From the sequence record SRR20825010_3322: DNA of 46,669 bases. One strand, written 5' to 3'. Of this stretch, positions 9,611 through 19,717 are shown one piece after another. The notes below the pieces were generated by a model, which saw nothing but the letters and a program-made list of their open reading frames with translations, ran no database searches and had not been told where the DNA came from. A program made the translations under genes and the position numbers. Numbering within the stretch: position 1 is the stretch's first letter; the number at the start of each line of letters is the position of its first letter.

Positions 9611-9668
9611 GTTCCTTTTTTGTTCTTATAGGGGTGGTTGAGGTGCCGGTCAAGAACAAAAGTAGAAC
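9611..9668 (-). promoter_or_regulatory. Sigma70-type promoter flanked by two alphaproteobacterial LexA (SOS) boxes
   Basis: GTTC-ctttttt-GTTC (9611-9625) and GAAC-aaaagta-GAAC (9654-9668); minus-strand TTGACC (9653-9648)-N17-TATAAG (9630-9625). Confidence 0.85.
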
Positions 9669-9797
9669 ATATCGTATAAAGGTGGTTCTTCGAGGTGAGT
9701 AATTATATTGCGCTGAACTTCTGATCGGTGCTAAAGAGGAGGTAAGTGAGCGGGCATAATCCCGCGAATAAAAACAAAAATGAAAAAGAGATGAGTT

Positions 9798-11141
9798 ATG
9801 TCGCTAGACCCACGGGATCGCCCCGCAGGGGAGGCATCTGAGGGAAGTGGTCAAAACAGACCTGGCTCCAAGGAAAGTGCCTCACGCAGAAAGAGGAGAC
9901 GGCCGCGCCGCCGTGCCTCAAACCACAAGAGTGAGGTCCAAGGCACCACACCTTCGCAAACAGGCGCTTCCACCACAACAGAACAAGCTGTAGCCGATGC
10001 GGCTGTCAAGGGGCCATCACCCAGGCCCGCTCAACCGGGCGCGCGCAAGCCCAATGCTGAGCGTCAAGGCGCAGGGCCCGGCAACCGGCCGCCATTGCCG
10101 CCGGTGCGCACGGTGTATAGTGCGATCGATCTTGGCACCAATAATTGCCGGCTGCTGATCGCTCGCCCCACCCGTGGTGGTTTCCGCGTGATCGATGCCT
10201 TTTCCCGCATCGTTCGTCTGGGTGAGGGGGTATCCAACGGCAATATGCTATCGGACGCTGCGATGGACCGTACCATTGAAGCGCTGAAAGTTTGCGCAGA
10301 GAAAATCGCCCGCCGCAACGTGACCTGCATGCGCCACGTGGCGACAGAAGCCTGCCGCGTGGCCGATAACTCCGCAGAGTTTATTGCGCGCGTGAAGCGC
10401 GAAACCGGCTTGAACCTCGATGTTATCTCGGCGGGTGAAGAAGCACGCCTTGCGGTCATGGGCTGCCAGTCGCTTATCGCGCCCGGCAACAGGCATGCGC
10501 TCGTATTTGATATTGGTGGCGGTAGCACAGAGCTTATCTGGGTAAGGGTGCTGCCGGGCGGCCGCACAGAGATCAGCGGCTGGATGTCTATTCCCTGGGG
10601 GGTGGTCAACCTGTCGGAGCACTATGGTATCTCGGGCACCACGGTGCCACGGGACGAATATAATAAGATGGTCAATATTGTTGTGGATCATCTGCAAGCA
10701 TTTGAAGACGCTCACAGCGTCTCGGCCGTTGTCAAGAAGCGCCAGACCCAGTTTCTGGGCACGTCAGGTACTGTTACAACACTCGCGAGCCTGCACCTCA
10801 ATCTGCCGCGCTATATCCGCGAGAAGGTTGATGGTGCCTGGATGAAATCCAAAGATATTCATGCACTATCGCGTAGCGTGGCTGAGATGACCCATGAGGA
10901 ACGTTCTGCCCAGCCGTGTATCGGGCCTGAGCGCGCAGATCTCGTGGTAGCCGGGTGTGCCATTCTGGAGGCTATTTTGGGCATGTGGAATGTGCCGAGC
11001 CTGCGCGTCGCAGACCGGGGCATACGCGAAGGCATTTTGCGTGGTATGATGCAGTTAGAGAATATGCCGGTACGACAAGGACCGCGCCGCCGCGGGAGAA
11101 ACCCCGGGGGCAGACCAAATAAGGTGAAGACGCATGGCTAA
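9798..11141 (+). CDS. Ppx/GppA family phosphatase with long basic disordered N-terminus
   Basis: AIDLGTNNCRLL, VATEACR, EEARLA, DIGGGSTE, GTSGTVT, RADLVVAG, GIREG. Confidence 0.93.
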   Translation: MSLDPRDRPAGEASEGSGQNRPGSKESASRRKRRRPRRRASNHKSEVQGTTPSQTGASTTTEQAVADAAVKGPSPRPAQPGARKPNAERQGAGPGNRPPLPPVRTVYSAIDLGTNNCRLLIARPTRGGFRVIDAFSRIVRLGEGVSNGNMLSDAAMDRTIEALKVCAEKIARRNVTCMRHVATEACRVADNSAEFIARVKRETGLNLDVISAGEEARLAVMGCQSLIAPGNRHALVFDIGGGSTELIWVRVLPGGRTEISGWMSIPWGVVNLSEHYGISGTTVPRDEYNKMVNIVVDHLQAFEDAHSVSAVVKKRQTQFLGTSGTVTTLASLHLNLPRYIREKVDGAWMKSKDIHALSRSVAEMTHEERSAQPCIGPERADLVVAGCAILEAILGMWNVPSLRVADRGIREGILRGMMQLENMPVRQGPRRRGRNPGGRPNKVKTHG

Positions 11142-11865
11142 GGGCTGGAATACTCAATCAAATACAAGAAGCCGTGCTCGTGGCGCCAAGGTGCGGGTGA
11201 AAACTGCCCGTGGCCGCAAGTCGTCGTCAACCCGGTGGTTGCAGCGGCAGCTCAATGACCCTTACGTGGCGGAAGCCCAGCGCCTTGGTTATAGAAGCCG
11301 GGCCGCTTTCAAGCTTCTGGAACTGGATGAACGTTACGAGATTATCAAAGGTGCTATGCGCATTGTTGATCTTGGCTGTGCGCCAGGAGGTTGGACACAG
11401 GTGATTACCGAGCGGTGCCCGAACGGCGCGCAGGTTATAGCGATTGACCTGCAGGAAGTGGAGCCTATCCCCGGCGCGGATATCTGGGTGATGGACTTTC
11501 TGGCTGAAGGTGCAGAAGAAAAACTGATGGCTGCGCTTGATGGCCCGGCCGATGTCGTGCTTTCAGATATGGCGAACTCAGCCACCGGCCACAGGCAGAC
11601 CGACCAGGTGCGCACCATGGCACTTTGTGAAGCGGCGCTTGATTTTGCGATCCGCGTTTTGGCCGAAGGCGGCACTTTCGCGGCCAAAGTGCTGCAAGGC
11701 GGCTCTGATAACGTGTTGATGGACCGGATGCGCAAACACTTCCGCACCGTCAAGCACGCCAAGCCACCAGCCAGCAGGCAGGACAGCAAGGAATGGTTTG
11801 TTGTCGCACAAGGCTTCCGCCGGCACAAAACCGACGGTGACGGTGAGCCTGAAAACGAGGCCTGA
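11134..11865 (+). CDS. rlmE: 23S rRNA (U2552-2'-O)-methyltransferase
   Basis: WLQRQLNDPYV, YRSRAAFKL, DLGCAPGGW, SDMA, KPPASR; 8-nt overlap with ppx. Confidence 0.97.
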   Translation: MAKGWNTQSNTRSRARGAKVRVKTARGRKSSSTRWLQRQLNDPYVAEAQRLGYRSRAAFKLLELDERYEIIKGAMRIVDLGCAPGGWTQVITERCPNGAQVIAIDLQEVEPIPGADIWVMDFLAEGAEEKLMAALDGPADVVLSDMANSATGHRQTDQVRTMALCEAALDFAIRVLAEGGTFAAKVLQGGSDNVLMDRMRKHFRTVKHAKPPASRQDSKEWFVVAQGFRRHKTDGDGEPENEA

Positions 11866-12016
11866 TACCAACCTCTCAGATTAGTTTTGCCAGAAAGCAA
11901 GAATCCGTTTGATTTTTGTAACGGCTTAAGGGTATTGAACGGCGAATATCTTAAACAGGGTCGTCCCTGCAGACGTGAGGTTGGCAGGGGCATGCGCTCG
12001 CCAAGCGCCACACTGA

Positions 12017-13501
<1,485 letters not shown>

Positions 13502-13510
13502 GGGACAAAC

Positions 13511-14839
13511 ATGCAGCCATCGGCGCGCATCGCTGCGGGAATAGAACTTCTTTCCCAGATTGAAGAAGCTATAGAATGCGGCGGCGCGCCAGCAGACAGG
13601 CTCGTGGCTGACTACTTCAGGGCGCGCCGGTATGCGGGGTCAAAAGACCGCAGGGCGGTCACTGAAGCCATATATGCCATCCTGCGTATGCGGGAGCGGC
13701 TCCTGTGGGCGCTGGGTAGCCTGTCGCATCCGGTGACGGCTCGAGCGCTTTTTATTCTTTACCTGCAACAGGAAGCGCCAGACCAGCTTGGCCTTTTTGG
13801 CGAAGAGGGCAATACCCATGCCCCTGATGCGCTGGACGAACATGAGGCCGCGCTCATAAAGGCCGCAGCGACGCTTGATTGGGATAAGGCACCGGTAAAT
13901 ATACAGGTCAATGTGCCCAAGTGGACACATGCCGGGTTTGAAAAGCGTTTCGGGAGTGAACTGATTGAAGCTGTAAACGCGCTTAATGAGACAGCACCGC
14001 TTGACGTGCGCATCAACCGGTTGAAACGCCCGGATGATACATTAAATAATATTCTTAGTAATTCCTCAGAACTATTTGAAAAACATGTGTTTTCAAGTGA
14101 TGGATATCGGTCAAGTTCTCGTGTTAACCTGGCCAACGAAAAGGCTTATCAATCAGGGCTGGTTGAGGTGCAGGACGAGGCGGCGCAGGTGGCGGCAAGC
14201 CTTGTGGCGGCAGCACCCGGCATGCAGGTGGTTGACCTGTGCGCTGGCGCAGGCGGTAAAAGCCTCGCCGTGGCCCCTGATATGAAAAACAAGGGCCAGA
14301 TACATGCGTTTGACATTTCCGGTGGGCGGCTCAAAGAGTTGCGGGTTCGTCTGCAACGTGCAGGGTGTCGCAATATTCAGGTAACCCGACTGGCAGCAGA
14401 GGGTGATGGCCGCGCTTTAGCGCTCGCGCCGCTTGCGGGCAAGGCAGACCGGGTGATGCTGGATGTACCTTGTTCTGGCAGTGGCACATGGCGCAGAAGC
14501 CCGGATCAGCGCTGGCGTTTTGACGCTGAGGGCCTCAAAAATCTCAACGAAGTACAGGCGGGTTTGCTGCGCGAAGGAGCAGGGCTTATAAAGCCAGGCG
14601 GTCGCCTGATCTATATGACATGCTCTGTTCTGCCAGCCGAGAACGAAGAAATTGTTGAAAATTTCCTCGCGAACTCTGGTGATCGCTGGACGGCGGTTGA
14701 CTACCGGTCTGTGTGGGCTGAAGCGCTGAAAAGTGAATGCCCTCAATCACTTGCGCTGAATTCCGCCTTCCTTCAGCTTGCCCCGCATAGCCACGGCACA
14801 GACGGCTTTTTTGTCGCCATTCTTGAGCGCCGCGCATAA
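13511..14839 (+). CDS. RsmB/NOP family RNA m5C methyltransferase
   Basis: RYAGSKDRR, EVQDE, DLCAGAGGK, DVPCSGSG, YMTCS, TDGFF. Confidence 0.93.
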   Translation: MQPSARIAAGIELLSQIEEAIECGGAPADRLVADYFRARRYAGSKDRRAVTEAIYAILRMRERLLWALGSLSHPVTARALFILYLQQEAPDQLGLFGEEGNTHAPDALDEHEAALIKAAATLDWDKAPVNIQVNVPKWTHAGFEKRFGSELIEAVNALNETAPLDVRINRLKRPDDTLNNILSNSSELFEKHVFSSDGYRSSSRVNLANEKAYQSGLVEVQDEAAQVAASLVAAAPGMQVVDLCAGAGGKSLAVAPDMKNKGQIHAFDISGGRLKELRVRLQRAGCRNIQVTRLAAEGDGRALALAPLAGKADRVMLDVPCSGSGTWRRSPDQRWRFDAEGLKNLNEVQAGLLREGAGLIKPGGRLIYMTCSVLPAENEEIVENFLANSGDRWTAVDYRSVWAEALKSECPQSLALNSAFLQLAPHSHGTDGFFVAILERRA

Positions 14840-14987
14840 ACGCAGCTTCCTTTACCAATTGTTTGTTTTCTTGCCCTAAAGTTTGCTCAAGGGGCTGGTC
14901 GTGCTTGATGCACGCCTTATCTAAAAAAGAAGACAGGCGGCTTTTTGCGCGTTATCGTCCAACAAATTGATAGAAGTGAGGTAAAAT

Positions 14988-15470
14988 ATGCGTATCCGGA
15001 ATTTGCTTGTTGCAACAGCACTGGCGGGTGTTCTTGCAAGCCCATCATTTGCTCAAACCGCTGAAAAATATCAGGAATTATCTGAGCAACTGGTGGCTGA
15101 AGCGTCTGGTGCAATGACGTCAGAGCAAGCAAAAGAGGCCCAGGCACTCTATGAGCGTGCCCTTGTTGCGAACCCCGCGAACATCGACGCGCTGATCGGC
15201 CTTGGTAAAGCGCATGAAGCTCAGGGCCGGGTTGGCAGCGGGCTGAAGTATTACCGCAAAGCGCTTGAGCTTGAACCGAACGACAAAAATGCCCTTGAGT
15301 ATCAGGCGCTTGCCTTCCTGAAGCGGAACCTGAGGGCGCGCGCGGAAAGCAACCGTGACAAGCTTGCCAGCCTGTGCACAGAGGGCTGCGAGGAACTGGA
15401 TACAGTCGCTTCTGCGATTGAAGAGTTCAGTGCAAGAAAAGCGGACGCCGGCGCCCATACGGAAGGCTAA
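14988..15470 (+). CDS. Secreted tetratricopeptide repeat protein
   Basis: Signal peptide; YERAL..NP and YRKALELEP TPR repeats. Confidence 0.88.
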   Translation: MRIRNLLVATALAGVLASPSFAQTAEKYQELSEQLVAEASGAMTSEQAKEAQALYERALVANPANIDALIGLGKAHEAQGRVGSGLKYYRKALELEPNDKNALEYQALAFLKRNLRARAESNRDKLASLCTEGCEELDTVASAIEEFSARKADAGAHTEG

Positions 15471-15489
15471 GCCCGCATTAGTTTCAAAA

Positions 15490-15514
15490 GAAGGCGCTTT
15501 TTGGCGCCTTTTTC
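15490..15514 (+). terminator. Intrinsic terminator
   Basis: AAGGCGC-tttttg-GCGCCTT then T-tract. Confidence 0.75.
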
Positions 15515-15552
15515 ATGTCTGAAGGCCACCGTCGTTCAGGTTTTTCTTATAA

Positions 15553-15624
15553 GGGTGTGGCGAAAGTGTGCGCCTTTTTGTGGCGCCAGTGTGGCATATA
15601 GGTGTGGCGTAAATCACGCCACAC
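15553..15624. repeat. Phased array of TGTGGC direct repeats with one inverted copy
   Basis: TGTGGC at 15556, 15579, 15590, 15603, variant TGTGCG at 15567, inverted GCCACA at 15618. Confidence 0.65.
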
Positions 15625-15656
15625 ATCAGCTTTGCCTCATAAACCGACCTGATCGA

Positions 15657-16100
15657 TTATTTTGGCATTAATGTATCGTGGTTATCGATCACGTGGGACC
15701 AGACATAATCTGCCATCGGTGCGATGATCAGGTCTTCGGTGTCGATTACCGGCGCATCCCCGTTTTCGCCCCTGGCCATACGGCAAATACCGCTCCATGA
15801 CGTGATGCCGCCAAACTCCTGAAAGCTGACAGCAAAGGTAAGCGCAACCGCATAATGCCGGTCGCCTTCAACCTTGCCGTTTGCGTTTACAAAGCCCGTG
15901 AGCGGGAAAGCGCGTTCTGGCATGGAAGCAGGGAAATAGCGGCCCGTTATCTGGCCGGTTAAGTCATCAACATTATCGAAGCTAACGGTAGCCTTCAGGT
16001 TTGTGGTCCATTCACCCCGCAGGTCGTCACAGTCCCGCGCGAAGGCGGGCAGGGTAACGGCCGCACTGACAAGCCCTGCTGCGATTATTTTAAATGTCAC
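15657..16100 (-). CDS. Secreted avidin/streptavidin-fold protein
   Basis: Signal peptide then C..L.GEW, G.ITG.Y, FPLTG, TFAVSF, ITSWSG.C, W..V....DT pattern aligning by eye to avidin; GTG start after GGGGA. Confidence 0.75.
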   Translation of the reverse strand: MTFKIIAAGLVSAAVTLPAFARDCDDLRGEWTTNLKATVSFDNVDDLTGQITGRYFPASMPERAFPLTGFVNANGKVEGDRHYAVALTFAVSFQEFGGITSWSGICRMARGENGDAPVIDTEDLIIAPMADYVWSHVIDNHDTLMPK

Positions 16101-16131
16101 CAAACTTTCCCCGCCATTCGAATGATCCTTC

Positions 16132-16725
16132 TCAGGATACGCTCGCGCCGACAGTCGGCACGCTGAAGCTATAGTCAGGCACCCCGAAACCGATATCAAG
16201 GTGTTTGGCACCCATGAATTCCTTATGGTTTATTCGGGTGCCCATATCACCGGAAGGCAGGCCGAAACCGGTGGTTTCCGCGTCACAAAGCGACGCACAA
16301 AGAACCCTGTTTCCATCCCGGTCCAGAAGCGGCAGGAAAAGATATTCCGCGCTGATGCGCTTGCCGCGTTCAGACACCAGCAGGTCTTTGGCCCAACCGG
16401 CAGAAGGGTGCGCAAGCAGTGCTTCATGGAAGGAGACCATGGCTTTTGCCGCGGCAGGTTCTGAAACATCCGCCACGTTCAGGCCGGTCAGGTTTTGGTC
16501 AAACATCGCATCCATGGCGGTGCCGCTCATGCGCACATGCATCTTACCTGGGCCGTCGAGCTTGAGGATTGTAAGCATGGGAGTAAGGGCGCGCAGATCC
16601 ATGAGGCTCAAATCCTGCCGACGAGGGATATTACCGCCGTTTTTGACGCGCGCATTCTGCCATACCTGATAGAAAGTGGTCAGGTTTTTGGGGAGGACCG
16701 GCCAGCTTTTGGGCATTTCAACCAT
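16132..16725 (-). CDS. Stand-alone PAS domain protein (PAS_5-like)
   Basis: YQVW..PRRQDL..R.SGT..G.N..EYLFLPL pattern. Confidence 0.8.
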   Translation of the reverse strand: MVEMPKSWPVLPKNLTTFYQVWQNARVKNGGNIPRRQDLSLMDLRALTPMLTILKLDGPGKMHVRMSGTAMDAMFDQNLTGLNVADVSEPAAAKAMVSFHEALLAHPSAGWAKDLLVSERGKRISAEYLFLPLLDRDGNRVLCASLCDAETTGFGLPSGDMGTRINHKEFMGAKHLDIGFGVPDYSFSVPTVGASVS

Positions 16726-16819
16726 AAACTATATTCATCACCGTATATTAAGGATATCTGCAAGTAAGGGTAGCACCATAGGGCCAAATTGCACCCTAAA
16801 ACGTCCCACCCAAAATAGG

Positions 16820-17419
16820 CTAATAGTCCTCCGGGAAACTTCTGGAGCGCAAGTAGCCTTCAAAGTCCGGAAATTTCGGCAGACCAAACCCGACATCAAG
16901 GTGGCAGGCGTATTGAAGCTCACTATGGGTCATGCGGGTCCTGTGATCCACCGGGGGCTCGGCAAACCCCTCGGCCGTGGCATCCCAAAGGGACGCGCAC
17001 ATGGTATGACCGCCATCATCATTCCTGAGCGGCAGCATCAAATAGCGCGCATCAAGCCGTTTGCCGTTCTCCATGGTCATCACATCATGGGCATAACCGC
17101 CGCACGGGTGGGTCATCAGCGCTTCATGGAAGGCAACAATGGGTTTGCTGGCCTCTGGCACGGTTATATCCTTAAGGTTAACCTTGGTGAGCGGTTTGCC
17201 AAACACCGCATCAACGTTGGAGCCGCTTACCTTCACCTTGAGCCTGCCAGGCGCGGGTATATCGAGGATCACGAGCCACGCCGCCAGGCTTTTGATGTGC
17301 CGTAGGCTGAGCTGACGGCGATAGGGCACATCAGGCCCATCCCGCAGGGATTGCCAGATTCTATAAAAATGCATCAACTGGCTTGAGATGGGCGGCCAGT
17401 CTGGGGGGAGGGTGTTCAT
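16820..17419 (-). CDS. Stand-alone PAS domain protein (PAS_5-like), paralog of neighbour
   Basis: Same pattern; shares WP, FHEAL..HP, GKR...YL.LPL, CASL.D, HLD.GFG.P with 16132..16725. Confidence 0.8.
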   Translation of the reverse strand: MNTLPPDWPPISSQLMHFYRIWQSLRDGPDVPYRRQLSLRHIKSLAAWLVILDIPAPGRLKVKVSGSNVDAVFGKPLTKVNLKDITVPEASKPIVAFHEALMTHPCGGYAHDVMTMENGKRLDARYLMLPLRNDDGGHTMCASLWDATAEGFAEPPVDHRTRMTHSELQYACHLDVGFGLPKFPDFEGYLRSRSFPEDY

Positions 17420-17482
17420 AAATGCCCCGGTTCTATGCGGTCTATACGCGCTACGATAGCAGCGCACGCGCTATATCCCCAC

Positions 17483-17513
17483 AAAAAACGACCCGGAACA
17501 TCGTCCGGGCCGT
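17483..17513 (-). terminator. Intrinsic terminator after M28 peptidase
   Basis: CCCGGA/TCCGGG hairpin with A-tract on the left (U-tract on minus strand). Confidence 0.7.
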
Positions 17514-17537
17514 TCGATTATGTTTTGCTGCCTATGC

Positions 17538-18950
17538 TTAGCGGAAATAGCCGGGCCACTCCGCCGCGATATAAGCGAAGCTTACCCACGCCGCCACATT
17601 CTGGCGAAGCGCCACCGGGTCAACCTTGTCCAGCGTATCGTCTGCCGTGTGATGCAGGTCAAAATAGTCAGTGCCGTCCTGCATCAGGTCCATCACCGGC
17701 ATACCTGCGCGGGCCAGTTGCCCCACATCGGGCCCGCCGCCCGCTTTGCGGTCTGAGCGCACAACACCAAGGGGGCCCATAACAGCGGCCATTTTATCCA
17801 CCACATGCAGCGAAGCCGGGTTTACGTTTGACGCCAGCGCCCACACAGGCCCCGCGCCAAAATCAGATTCCGCGCCAATGATATGCAGGTCCATATCCTT
17901 GTCCTTGTGGGCTTCTGCATATTGGCGGGCACCAATCAGGCCCAGCTCTTCTGCCGCAAAGGCCACCACACGGATGCTGCGGTAGGGGCGCTGGTCGGAG
18001 AAGTCCTGAATAAGGTTGGCGGCGGCCATGGTGATGGCAACGCCTGCGCCGTCATCAATCGCGCCGGTGCCAAGGTCCCAGCTATCAAGGTGAGAACCAA
18101 GGATAATGGCCTCGTCCGGCTTCGTGCGGCCGGTGATCTCACCGATCACGTTGAACATCTCAACAGGCTCTTCCATCGTGGTCTGGATATCCACGTGCAC
18201 CGTTACCGCTTCCCCGTACCCCAACATGCGCACAAGCTGGTCGGCATCCGGGTTGGAAAGTGCGGCAGCGGCAATTTTTGGCTGAGCCTCGTCATAGGTT
18301 ACGCCGCCGGTGTGCGGTAGGCGGTGCGTATCTGTGCCGATGGAGCGAATGATGATCGCAAGCGCGCCCTTGCTGGCTGCCATACTCGCGCCTGCGCTGC
18401 GTGCTTTCACCGCAGGGCCATAGCCCGCGCCGGTCCTGAAGCGTTCCATACGGTTGGAGATGAAAACAATCTTGCCTTCAACGGCCTCCGGCTCAGCGGC
18501 CTCAAGGTCTGCATAGGTGGCAAAATGCGCGATCTCGGCTTCAACACCACCTTCAGGTGTCGCGACTGATTTACCAAGGGCGGTGATCACCAAGGGCTGC
18601 GCGAACGGCGCGATCACGGATGCGCTTTCGCTGACGCGCGTCCACTTCGGTACCATGACCGGTTCTTTCCACACCCTGTCGAAACCCAGTTCCTTGAACT
18701 TGGCCACGGCCCATGCTTGCGCCTCCACTTCCTTGGGGCTTGCGGCCAGCCGCGCGCCCACTTCAGTGGTGAGGGAGGCAAGGATTTCATAGGCTTCATC
18801 GCTTTCAAGCGCCTTGTCGCGGATAGCTTTGGCGGTTTCTACCGTCTCGTCGGAGAGTGGCGTGATCTCAGCCGCAAAAGCGTGTGCGCCTATAGCTGAA
18901 GCCATCAGCGCCGCAACGGCGGCACCGGCTAATCTCGATTTCACTGGCAT
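17538..18950 (-). CDS. Secreted M28 family metallopeptidase (carboxypeptidase Q-like, PA domain)
   Basis: Signal peptide; GSHLDSWD.GTGAIDDGAG, AEE.GL.G, ESD, HHTADDT zinc ligands. Confidence 0.92.
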   Translation of the reverse strand: MPVKSRLAGAAVAALMASAIGAHAFAAEITPLSDETVETAKAIRDKALESDEAYEILASLTTEVGARLAASPKEVEAQAWAVAKFKELGFDRVWKEPVMVPKWTRVSESASVIAPFAQPLVITALGKSVATPEGGVEAEIAHFATYADLEAAEPEAVEGKIVFISNRMERFRTGAGYGPAVKARSAGASMAASKGALAIIIRSIGTDTHRLPHTGGVTYDEAQPKIAAAALSNPDADQLVRMLGYGEAVTVHVDIQTTMEEPVEMFNVIGEITGRTKPDEAIILGSHLDSWDLGTGAIDDGAGVAITMAAANLIQDFSDQRPYRSIRVVAFAAEELGLIGARQYAEAHKDKDMDLHIIGAESDFGAGPVWALASNVNPASLHVVDKMAAVMGPLGVVRSDRKAGGGPDVGQLARAGMPVMDLMQDGTDYFDLHHTADDTLDKVDPVALRQNVAAWVSFAYIAAEWPGYFR

Positions 18951-19079
18951 GTCTGTCCTCAATCGTTCCCGTTTAAATCAATTGTCTTTTTGAACCCCGG
19001 CGCGGAGAGTGGCGCGGAATGAGGGCATGGTCAAGATGGCGCCCTGATCACGAGGCTGTTATCACCCGGCGTACATCCA

Positions 19080-19170
19080 CCGTCATGCCCGTGCAGACGG
19101 GCATCCAGAATGGTTGATAACAAGCGAGCTGCGAACGGTTGCTGGACTCCCGCCTGCGCGGGAGTGACGG
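19080..19170. repeat. Palindromic REP-like element, copy 1
   Basis: GTCATGCCCG..CGGGCATCCAG--spacer--CTGGACTCCCGC..GCGGGAGTGAC; second copy at 29415. Confidence 0.85.
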
Positions 19171-19259
19171 GGTGAGGGATGGGGAAACACAATTTCTACC
19201 GTTCGGCCAGCGATAGGGTTAAAGTACACGGCAACTAGTAGACGATAGGGAGGATCATC

Positions 19260-19628
19260 ATGGCGGATGCTTTGGGTAAGGTTGGGTGGCTGGATATCAC
19301 GGTGGATGATGCATCGGGGCTGAAGGGTTTCTATAAAGATGTGGTGGGCTGGGGCGTTGAGGCCGCCAGCATGGGCGACTATGACGACTATGTGATGATG
19401 GACAGCGCAGGCGAAGCCGTGGGCGGCATTTGCCACGCACGCGGGGCTAACAAGGGCGTACCGCCGGGCTGGATGCCGTATTTCACTATAGCTTCAATGG
19501 ATGATGCGCTGAAAACAGCGGAAGCGGCGGGCGGCACCATAGTGGACGGCCCACGCGGCGCTGGCGGCGGCACCATGGCCATCGTGAGAGACCCGGCAGG
19601 CTGCCATTTCGCGCTCTATCAAAGCTGA
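19260..19628 (+). CDS. VOC/glyoxalase family protein
   Basis: GWLDI, FY..V.GW, W.PYF, GG.I..GP, DPAG; RBS GGAGG. Confidence 0.9.
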   Translation: MADALGKVGWLDITVDDASGLKGFYKDVVGWGVEAASMGDYDDYVMMDSAGEAVGGICHARGANKGVPPGWMPYFTIASMDDALKTAEAAGGTIVDGPRGAGGGTMAIVRDPAGCHFALYQS

Positions 19629-19717
19629 GGCATCATGGCTTTCTAGGGATTGTCGATAGGGGAAACAAGGAAAGCGAGCCCCCTCAAAGTACCGGCAATA
19701 TATGCGTGTTAATGGAA

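Noticed and set aside
9431-9631. 66-aa + strand ORF from the ORF track
   Set aside because: No RBS; it is the antisense shadow of the minus-strand 57-aa ORF, which has RBS, promoter and LexA boxes
9100-9797. tRNA (a tRNA-Gln often precedes ppx in alphaproteobacteria), SRP, 6S, tmRNA or riboswitch
   Set aside because: No cloverleaf or GTTCGAATC T-loop and none of the signature motifs seen by eye; Rfam search still needed
15553-15624. CRISPR array
   Set aside because: Repeat units are only 6-8 bp with no spacers of CRISPR length and no cas genes
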